Source: Selaginella moellendorffii (taxonomy: Eukaryota > Plantae > Lycopodiophyta). Taken from it: a stretch of DNA of 64,000 nucleotides. Below the pieces are notes generated by a model. That model saw only the letters and a program-made list of their open reading frames with translations, ran no database searches and was not told the DNA's origin. Both the position numbers and the translations under genes were made by a program. Where the stretch lies: the NCBI RefSeq assembly GCF_000143415.4, contig NW_003314264.1:3647229-3711228 (forward strand), read 5' to 3'. Below, one piece after another: positions 38,522-48,698 of the stretch (position 1 is its first letter; the number at the start of each line of letters is the position of its first letter).

Positions 38522-39806
38522 AATGTAAACCTTTTCCCCAACCCTGAAGGCAATTTTGAAAGTGCAGAAAAGAAGTTAAGACCATACAAAAAATGATTGG
38601 AGAATGGCCTAAATCATAACATACCAAACAACCTCAATAGCATGAGGCCACATGCCATTATTCAAACATGCTATTGACACCCACGTGAAATTTTGCATTC
38701 ACAAAATTGGCATGAGGCCTCATGCCATCTTGATATACACACAGCTGCAGGCAAGTAAAAACATACATGACAATACGCTAGCCATGAAATTGCAAGGGCC
38801 CAAGATGGCATGTGGCCTCATGCCATTTCTAAATGTGGTCCTAAGCCATTCCATGGTGAACATACCAGGAAGCACAAGTGCCGAATATCAAGAGGAAGCG
38901 GTAGCCACACCAAAGACAGTGCCGCTCGCAACACCGCAACTGCTCGTAGCGCCGCTCGCACAAACTGCCACTCGCATAAACTGCCGCTCGCAATGCCACA
39001 ACCGCTCGTAGACGCATAAACCACAGCTCACAACGCCGCTTACACAAGCAGCGCTCACTGCGCTCAGCGGAACCAAGAACACGGCGCACAAAAATGATAG
39101 ACCTAGGAATGAGTTCGAGAATTCAAAAATAACACACGCTTGAACGTCACATCAAATCCTCTGACAAACCAGATCTTATGACTCCTCTGACAAATTTCAA
39201 ACTGAGTAGCTTCTAGACTTTGCTGTCGGAGGTTGAACTTTATCACATCGTGTCCTTGCCTCGATCTAGCTGTGCCCTGTCAGTGATTCGAACTTTGCCA
39301 TGCCATGTCAGCGATCCGTGCCAAGATTATTCGCCGTGTAAAGGAATAATTATGCTGTGTGTGTACGTCCATTTATGGCAATATAAGGCCACACGCCATT
39401 CAAAGAATAATGCTAGTCGAGCATTTTTTGGTGCATTTTTGGGTTCAAAATTGCATGAGCCCACACGCTATAAAGTTTACCTGTACCAAAAATAGAAATA
39501 GCTTTATTTACTTGGGAATTTAAGTGGTTGAGGCATTTTTAAACTTACAAACACATGCCCTACTTACATTCCTTTGGTTGCTTAAAATTCAAAAATATTA
39601 TAAACCTTTCTTTTTGCATTTTCAATGTTTTCAATTATGGTTTTTGATTTTCGCAGGACCAGCCTAGTAATCTATTTGCATCCCGTCATGTTTATAGCTA
39701 GCTTTCGTTTGTCCCCTTCGCTAGCCTGAGATACATCTGCTTGGCATCTGCCTCTTACAGCATTTGCCCAGAAAGGGCATCTTTCTTCACGCAGCATTTG
39801 CCACAT

Positions 39807-39833
39807 GTTTAGGGTTTAGGGTTTAGGGTTTAG
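39807..39833 (+). repeat. Interstitial telomeric tract G(TTTAGGG)3TTTAG
   Basis: Directly visible between the divergent genes of the TIR element. Confidence 0.95.
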
Positions 39834-41419
39834 CAATTCAGTAGCCATGCAAATACAAAACTTGATGCAAAATCCTTTGATATGTCACAATGCCCCTAGG
39901 ACCATAAACATATTTCAATAGAGAGGGTCCTTTCATTTCATAACTCCTTACGTAGATCTTGGTGAAACCAGAGTTAGTGAAGTTAGTTTCTTGTGATCCC
40001 ACATCTGATTGTGATGTCCCTTTGCAGTGTCGATGGAAAGGTCAATGCACACCAAACTGTAAAATCTTGGAGCAAAATAACAGTCGGATCTATGGCAAAT
40101 GCCCCTGAAACATTGTAAGGCTCGTGTGGTCTCATGTGGTGTCCGATCGAGATGCTTTTTTGCAGGGTCATCAAGAAAGACATTGTATACCATTCTGTAA
40201 AATCTAGTTGCGATCTAACGGTTGGATCTCCAGAAAACTCAAAAAAATCTCGCGCGTGTCAGAATATCTTAGGAATATACTCCTATGTGCCCCTGAAAAT
40301 GGCATGCGGCCCCACGCCATTCAAGAGATAACGCCAGATGACGCCGAGAATTTTTTGGTGCATTTTTTGGGTTCAAAATTGCATGAGCCCACACGCTATA
40401 AAGTTTATCTTTGCCAAATAGAGAAAAGTTTATCTGTGTCATGTGAGGTAATTACAGTCCTTTGTGCTCGGCATCTGCCTCTTGCAGCATTTGCACTGAA
40501 AGGGAATTTTTCTCCATTCAGCATTTGGCCCTGAAAGTGGCATGCGCCCACACGCCATTCAAGGAATAACGCCATAGGACGCCTGGATTTTTGGGTTTAA
40601 AATGTTTAGGGTTTTTTGGGTTTTTTCAAAATATTTTGGGTCCAACGTTTTTTGGGTTTCTTTGGTTCAAAATTGCATGAGCCCACACGCTATAATATTG
40701 ATTTGAGAGAAAAATAGAAACAGATAGAATTTCTTTATTTAGCTGAACATCTGCCATTTTTGGAAATACAAGATGCTTTGGAATATCCAATCATGCATGG
40801 TATAAATATAGCAAGGGTATTAAATGATATCCCAATCATGATCTTTCTTTTGGATTTCGCGTGCATGCAGTCCGAGGAATGATGACGTTGCGGATTTCTT
40901 TTGGATTTTGCGTGCTTGCATGCGCGCGGCAATCCAGAAATTAATGGTGGCGCCCAAGTCCGAGGAATGATGACGTGGCGGGATTACCAACCGTTGTGAC
41001 ATTTCGCGCGTGTGAGGTTAGGTTTTGCATTTTGCTTCGTACTCGCGCTCGCGCTCGCATCACACTTGCGCTCGCATCGCGCTCCCACTCGCGATCATGC
41101 TCACATTCGCGCTCATCTACCTTCTCTACAGGTTTCTTGTGTGCATCAGCGTCCACTCGCGCTTGCATCACACTCGCGCTCGCATCGCGCTCGTGTGCAT
41201 CGGCGTCCACTTCAAGACACACCCAGTTTGTAACTTCGCCGCCAACTCCGCCGCCCACTCCGCCACCCACACGCAGCCCACTTGGCATCCCGGGAGATTT
41301 CAGCGCCACTCTCCAACTGTAAGTGGCAGAGTAGCCTTGCTGCTACGATCCACTACACACACAGTGCATATTCGCCAGCGAGTCCGGCCTCGATTGTCAC
41401 GGCCTCCATTCGGCTTCAA

Positions 41420-44400
41420 ATGGTAAGTCTTTTAGGCCAAGTAGAAAATGGCATGAGGCCACATGCCATTCAGTAGCAACATTGGCATGCACCGATTGGG
41501 CTCTCGAGTGCAGTCCGGTTACAGATGGCGTGTAGCCTCACGCCATCTTAGGATGCAGCCTCAAGACATCTGATGCAGTGGTGAATGGCGTGTGGCCTCA
41601 CGTTATTTCCAGCTGCTAGCTTTTCATCTGTCAGCTCTAATTGTTGTGCATTTCTGAACAAGCGAGGAATTGCGTTCTTCTTCCAGCCACTGTCAATGTG
41701 GATGCAGAGAAGGGGGAGGAGCTCACCAGTTGGACTTTCGGGATGGAAGGCGAGGATCTGAGGCTGTACAACACAGATGGTGGGAGAAAAGAATGCATGG
41801 GGATCCTCATCCAAGTGACAGACACTCCATGCAGTTCCATGCAAGAATATGGACTAGCACTTGTGGTAGAGACAGCGTCCGCCTTCAAGATCCACCTTGC
41901 ACATCCTAGCGGCTTCCTGGAGGGGGCAGCGGCTTTGAGAAATTCCTAGAGGGAGTTAGGGAGAGGTTGTTCAGGAGGCCCACAATTTCAAAGACGCTGT
42001 GGGTCTATGAAAATCACATGGAATCCACGGACCTCACCTACGGCGATGTTCAAAAACTATATTCCAACATTGAGCCGTTGAGAGTGCCTCCAGTTCGCGA
42101 AGCGAAGGGGAAGGGGGTCGATTTGGAAACTACCCTGAAGCAGAAAAGGGTGGTCAAGCTCAAGCCGACGTCCGACTCTCTTGCTCCAAAAAAGAAGCTA
42201 CTCGGTGATGCCATTGCCTCGGGTTCGAACACTACACCCACCAAAAAGAAGAGTCGCAAAGAGCAGAAAGAGCAAGAAGAGGCAGCAAAAATCGTCGCAG
42301 ATAATAGTACTTGTTACTATTCCAACAAAGTATATACAATCGACGTGAGCCGTATCGACATCCAAAGCAAATAGAACCACAGGCTAGTATCTGATGAGTG
42401 GGTGGAGAAACTGAAGCAGAAGATGCTAGCAAGTCCAGTAACACCCGACATCGCAGACGTGATCCCCTACTACCGAACAATGAAGGGCGAGACGAGGTTT
42501 CCAGACTTGATCAATAGGAAGGTGTTGGACGATCAGAACATCCGGTTCTATGCCGTCTCCGGGCAGCATTCTAGCTTGGCGATGCAAGAGATAGTTCTAG
42601 ATATTATGGTGGGCGAGGAGGTGAAGAAAGTCTTCAAGACAAGAGTTGTCCGCCTGATAAAAGGCAACTCGCCCCTCCGATCTATCATATCCATCTCCCA
42701 CGCGCAGAATGTCAAGCAAGAAACGTGCTACAAATCGGGTCTGCACGAGACATTGGCACGAACACGGAAGCTCTGGGTTCAACTGAAGAAGCCACAAAAA
42801 CCAGGACAAGGACGTGCACTAGCAACTAGCGCCTGGCAGGTAAGCCTCGTTGCATGTGGCATAGCATGTGGCCTCACGCCATTTCCATTGCAGGAATTCT
42901 CGAGTCTTCTCTCGAAAACACTGGGGGTCAATGACACACTCAGCATCCATAACATTCTACTCGCGACAAAAGTTGTTTTTGACAAATGGGTAGATGTGCT
43001 GAGGAGGTACCATGACGGGGAGTTGCTAAACTCAATGGGTGTGGAGGACGGCCGGAAGCCCAATGATTTGAAGCTCAACGCCTTGCGTTTCTCGCGGTCT
43101 CTAGACGATGACGACCTTCTGACAGTGGCTAATGCTCTTCTACGTGGTGAGGTAGTCTTCAACAAGACCAAAATGACTCCCGGCCAACATACGAGGACTT
43201 GTGCACGACTCTGAGAGCTCGTGCGCTATTGAAGGATTGGATCTTCGAGCAAGTGGCCGTGGAGAGGGTGAGCATCGACACCACGCAAGAGATGATGGAA
43301 GAGCTGGAGTTGTCAAATGAAGACATCGACGACTACGTGAAGGGGGCCCCCAAGTTCATCAATCTGCTGCGGGATCCCACGAAAAGTAAAGCTGAGAAGT
43401 TGGATCAGTATCCAAATGTCATTAAGAGGGATGTCGACCGCCGGCTTCAGAAACAGCTCGACCCCGCAGCAGAGGCCTATCGAGAACCTTATCGGGTATA
43501 CATGAATTCGGATGAGGATCAAAGGTGGAGGAGCATCGTTTCCTGCGGAGATGAGCAGGTCAAGAACATCTTTTATGTGATGGACTTCACAAACGAGGAG
43601 ATCACTCATGCAGACAAAGTCAGCTCCATCATTGACTTAATGGTGGGACTTGCGGAGGTGGAATCTTCAGTCCACTATATGATCTACGACTCCGAATCCT
43701 ATCACAAGTTCTGGAAGGCCTTGAACGAGGTGAAGGCTCGGTTGAAAGGCAAGGAGATGCAGGAGATCCATGGGATAATGGCTAAGAAGAAGATACCGAC
43801 GAATGTCCGCATCTTCACACTCGCCCTTGTTATTGGTCCTGCAGCAGAGTGGGACTGGAGTGACTTCCCAGCTTCGTTCGACAAGGCCGATCGAATTGAT
43901 CTGAGGGAGGTCAATTTACCCGTGCCTGAGGAACTGAAGACGGCTATGGAGCTTTCGAATCCAGAGAAAGCTCCAGGTGCAGCATGGGAAATGCTCAGCT
44001 GGGTCTTCAACGCAATAGCACCTGCTTCCGACTCCAAGGGCAAATGCGTTGTCGAGTACAACTGCGGCGGACTATTCTTTCGAGCCGCACTACTCAAGGG
44101 TGTCCCGTGTGTTGCGGTGACAAACTCCATTGAAGAGGTGACTTCAATGAAGCATATAATTACAGTTGCCAAAGAAAAACAGTATCTTCTCTGCGAACCT
44201 GGTGAGTACGCACTTTAAGTTTAAATGTTATCTCACAAGCTCTGTATGCAGGAGCGTGGCCACCCCCAGATGCTGAAACGGCGTTAACAGCTACTGTTGG
44301 GCCGAGCTCACAACCTGCACAAGGTAAGGTCACGTGAGGCCTCATGCCATTTTGATTATAGATCGTTGTGAATATTCAGACACGAGGGCTGAAAAGCGCA

Positions 44401-45169
44401 CTGGTGGTGCGTCGAAGAAGGACAAACAGACAAGCAATAGGAAAAAACGAGGTACAAATTATATTTGCAATGGCGTGTGGTCTCATGCCATTCCTTGCAG
44501 GAGACACTTCTTCAAAGGCAAAACAGGCAAGCACCAGCCAAGCTCAAACTGACAGTGGTCATAAAAAGCGAAAGCACGTTGGACAGTCGTCGGGATCAGA
44601 GGCGTTTGATTCGAAAAGGAAGAAGGGCAACGAAAAGATGATAGGTAATGCCTCGCGGTCACCACCTCCTGACTCAGATTCCTATGGCGGACTCCCCTTC
44701 CCCAATCTCAATGGAGAGGTACAATGGATAAGGGATGCTTTTCAAGTCAGGGCCACGTTTTTCTCATCTCGTCGTCTTCGAAGGGTGCAAGAACGTGCAG
44801 AAACCATGTTAAGACAGTCGGGTGAGGATACGGTCCTAGGTCACGCACTAAAACAGGCTATGGATGTCTTGTATTTTGAGATGGAGACTCGGCCAGATGA
44901 TTTTCCCAAGATGGTCCTGGAAGAACAAGCCATCCAGCCTGAGCAGCCTATGGAAGAAATGCAGGAGGGGGATGAGGAGCCAGAGAAAGATAATGAGCAG
45001 GAAGAGCAGAAGGACGAAGAGGAGGACAAAGAAGAGGAGGACGAAGAGGACTTGGATGGTCCTCACAATGGTGACGATCACAATAATGACGACAACGATG
45101 ATGACGACGATGGCCAGCCTGAGGTGGCCAAAGAGCAACGGAGGAAGGTCATACAAGACAAACCATCAG
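41420..45169 (+). pseudogene. Cargo gene, N-terminal part: ParB/Srx-like domain, degenerate N6/N4-methyltransferase-like region, basic and acidic tails
   Basis: YTIDVSRIDI...HRLVSDEWVEKLKQKM...FYAVSGQHSSLAM (ParB-like); NPEKAP...SKGKCVVEYNCGGLFFRAALLKGVPCVAV (resembles beta-class MTase C-terminus). Phase-compatible introns 42840-42893, 44202-44251, 44324-44361/44379, 44452-44500. Lesions: TAG 41947, TAG 42372, frameshift ~43183. Start uncertain. Confidence 0.6.
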
Positions 45170-45395
45170 GTAAATAATAGTACATCCATTCCTAACCTTT
45201 TACCATTTCTAACATTGTCCATGTAGGTCGCAGAGCAAATGGTAAGTAGAGATTATTCAGTTGAATTTACAAACTCTAGCCTTTAGTGTCGAGGAAGGAT
45301 AGTGCCAAGCAAGGGTCGAAACGTATGTCCAATCCTTCAGAATCAGCAGTGCGCCCAATAGCAGTTGATGGTAAATACAGTATAGTCGATTCAAT

Positions 45396-46678
45396 GTGCT
45401 AATGAGTTTGTTTTTAGTAGCCAGTAGGGAGGATACCATCTCAATCGAAGGGAGATATTTGGACATGCATATGGATCCGCCAGTGGACTCTACTTGCCTG
45501 CAAGAGTCATCAGAGCTGGTGGAGGCTACTATCCATATCAACGCCAAGCAAGCTGACCACGCTCCACTTGATGCTGCCCATACCACTGAGTCAATCTTGT
45601 CCACGTATCCAACTGACGGTGACCAGGTGCCATTGGACCCGCATGAGGCCGCCCCAGCCGCCGAGCCGGTCGTATCCTCATTTCCAACGGACTCAACGTG
45701 TGCCCAATCGTCTAACTACGCGCCGTTGGAACCTCCCTACACCGCCCCTGCTGCCTGTTCGGTCATGTCCACTTTGCCAACGGAGGCACTAGCTGAAATG
45801 GTGTGTGATCACACGCCATCGGAACCACCCCATGCCACTGTTGAGCCAGTTGTACCAGAGTCTACAGCTGAAATGCCATGTGCCCACACGCCATCGGATG
45901 TGATTGACCCCACATTGCAGAGGAGAGTATTTCCGCCCTTCACGTTTCCTCGACCAAAACCCTCTCAACGACCATCGGGAGCACCATTCGCTAATATTGT
46001 AGATGGTAAAATTGACTTGTACCATTTTTTATGCTGACGCATTTCATTTCAGAGTCACGGCGAAAGTACTGTATTGTTTTTGATCTGAACGGTGTCCTTT
46101 TCTCCCATGAGCGTGGCTCGTCCTCGAATGTCACTGCACCCTCCAAAGCCTGCGGTCGCAAGTTGGTCAAAAGAGACAGATTCACATTAATCACACGGGA
46201 GAAACTGCGGGATCTAATAATGACCATGCGACACTTAAAACAGAGGGCCGGGTTCAATTTGCAATTGAGAGTTTGGACATCCATGATGCGCCACAATGCA
46301 TTAACGTTGCTACAGATGATGCACGATCAGACGCAAGTAATATTACCATTTGACTTTCTCCTAACGCAGGAGGATTGCTTGACTATGGTCTATGTGAGGG
46401 GTAGCAAGCCCATCTTCGTCAAGCCAGAGACTGTAGTGATGAACCGGACTGCTAGGTCAAGTGAAATCCTCATCATCGATGACTCGCCGATTAAAACTGC
46501 AGCGAACATGCACACATATGCAGTGCACCCCATCTCTTGCAGTATGGAAACTAGGGAGAAGAAACCGTATGTTCTGGGGGACCTTGCAAAACGGCTTGGA
46601 GCGATGGTGATAGAGAACCGGCCAGTCCAGGAGGTGGCTGCAGAAATCAACCAAATGGCAGATGGAACGGTATATTAG
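45396..46678 (+). CDS. Cargo gene, C-terminal part: P/A/T-rich linker + FCP1/NIF-like HAD phosphatase domain
   Basis: Intron 46006-46052 joins the ORFs in phase. CIVFDLNGVL (motif I), VWTSMMRHNA (motif II), FVKP, ILIIDDSPIK (motif IV). Confidence 0.72.
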
Positions 46679-48698
46679 AAGCCATTTGATCGGACAGACA
46701 CCAGTCATCATTTATGGCATGTATATTGTCTAGCCAAGCACTATCCGCATCTCCATAATCTGCTCAACCGGATGGGTTCTTCGACCGCTGAACATGAGCA
46801 TGGACGTATTAGAGAAGAGATGGCATTACTATTGGGTTTAAATCCTGATAGTGTGGAGAGTGATGAAATTCCAAGATTATTGTATAGGCGTTGGAGGCAA
46901 AAAATAACAGTCTGAGATGGCATGTATTTATTTAAAAATGTAACTTATTATGGCATGGGGTTCCATGCCATTGTATTAATATTAAAAGACAATTCTTTGA
47001 GAGGATTTGCATTATACTAGAAGTGTTACAGCATGTTATTGGAAGTCTACGAAGTTGTTTTATTAATAAGGGGAAAGTAAAGATTGAATGAGGACTTGGG
47101 CTCCACCTAGACTCGGAGCAATTGAGCCAATATTAAAAGGATGGAAAGAAATTGGACGACGATGACAAGGAGAAGAGAGAGGTGAAGCAGTGGCAGGGGG
47201 AGGAGAAGTGATTGAGTAGACATTTCCTTATTTAAAATAAAATGGCATGTGCCTCAATGCAGTTAAATTTTGTTATATTTATATACTATATAAAGGTTTG
47301 GAAACCTTATTTTACAAGTGGGATAATGACAATTCCCACTTTAACGAAATAGAGCTTATATTTGAACATTCTCTAAAAGTTGGATTTTGTCATTCATAAC
47401 TCACAATTCGATATCATAATTATGTTCCATATCAAAGAGAAATAATAGAACACTAAGAACAGGATAAGCTGTATAATCACATCCCACAAACGGCAACATA
47501 CCAAGAATGGGTGTAATGAAGATCAAAAGGAAGAATCAATCTAAGCACAACAATAGATAAAATTCTAAACCATGCATAAAGCTAATATATATATATATAA
47601 ATTTAAGAGAGAACAAAGGATAAGAATAAAAAACACAACCCCAAATACTGAGCAAAACATTACTAAACAACTTTGCCCTCCAAAGACAATTGTAATATCC
47701 CTCACCTCTACCAATATGAGTGCTTTGTTTATATACAAGAATGAATGGATTATACAAAAATGAATGGATCATATTCAATCCCAAATAGACATTCTATAAG
47801 TACTATAATTAGCATATTATCAAGGTAGGGTTTATATATATATATATATATATATAGATACACACATACATTTATAGACATTACACAACCATATAATATA
47901 TTTAGTAATATAAAAATATTTAGTTGTAGATTAAGTTAAAAGCTGGAGCAAACTAACTTATTCAATTGAACATAATGGACCCCTATATATTTTATTAACT
48001 AAAATCCTAATCAAGAATGTTTTATTTAATTTGACTATAAGAGTTAATTATAAAAAATGTGTGTTTATATTTAATTAAGTGCAAAATTTTTTGTTGTGAG
48101 GAATCTTTGAAGATTTTTTGTGTGTGCCTAGTGTGAACAACTATGTTTATAGTAATTTTAAGATTGATAACATTTATAAATAACTTTTCTACTTGTTTTT
48201 TGTCATAAAGTTTTTTTTTAATTTTTAAAATATTTTTATAGATGTTTAAATTTTTTTTATAAATGCTAAAAACAAATAACAAATAAATATAGATATTTAA
48301 AAGATGTTTATTTAGTGTAATATAAACATAATGTCCAAACTGAAATGGAAAAATGCGCTTCTAATGCCCAAACTATGTATATGCCATGCTCATCATATGA
48401 ATACTGAACATTAAAAAATTACTAACATATGCCTTAAAAAAGCACCAAACACTTAAAATTAAAAGCAGTGATACCCAATGATATATAATGCATTGAACTT
48501 TAAAGATTTAATAAGGATTACATTGAGAAGATGAGTTGTTTGATGTGTCATGTTTTTACAAAGAATCCAACAGAAGTTTTTTTAGAGTGATTCCAGCGAC
48601 ATCTTACTTCCAGAGCTGCTGCTTTTTGGATAATGTAGCCGAGATCTCACAGAAAATTGCGTGCTCGAGCAATTGAGACCCACTCGACAATGAGAGCG

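Larger units (their letters stand above)
26369..47263. repeat. Dispersed 22-bp palindrome family ATGGCRTG-N6-CAYGCCAT (>25 copies) within the TIR element
   Basis: Copy starts: 26369, 34397, 34486, 34893, 35006, 35086, 35246, 35392, 36734, 36791, 38637, 38707, 38805, 39378, 39450, 40299, 40378, 40537, 40672, 41448, 41525, 41585, 42861, 44329, 44470, 45798, 45873, 46950, 47242 (some degenerate). Confidence 0.92.
26143..47357. mobile_element. Large TIR DNA transposon, Sola-like, with cargo gene
   Basis: Perfect 24-bp TIRs aagctctatttcgttaaagtggga (26143-26166 / 47334-47357) flanked by ATAT on both sides (4-bp TSD; exact boundary slightly ambiguous because ATAT is palindromic); contains a DDD transposase. 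Confidence 0.88.

Noticed and set aside
39807-39833. Chromosome end or fusion site
   Set aside because: Under four repeats, internal to a transposon, with no inverted telomeric arrays.
41967-44218. Bacterial contamination or prophage explaining the ParB/MTase-like gene
   Set aside because: Has phase-correct spliceosomal introns and lies within TIRs contiguous with plant genes.
34397-47263. 22-bp palindromes as a CRISPR array
   Set aside because: Spacing is irregular (tens of bp to kb), copies lie in introns and exons, no cas genes, eukaryotic context.
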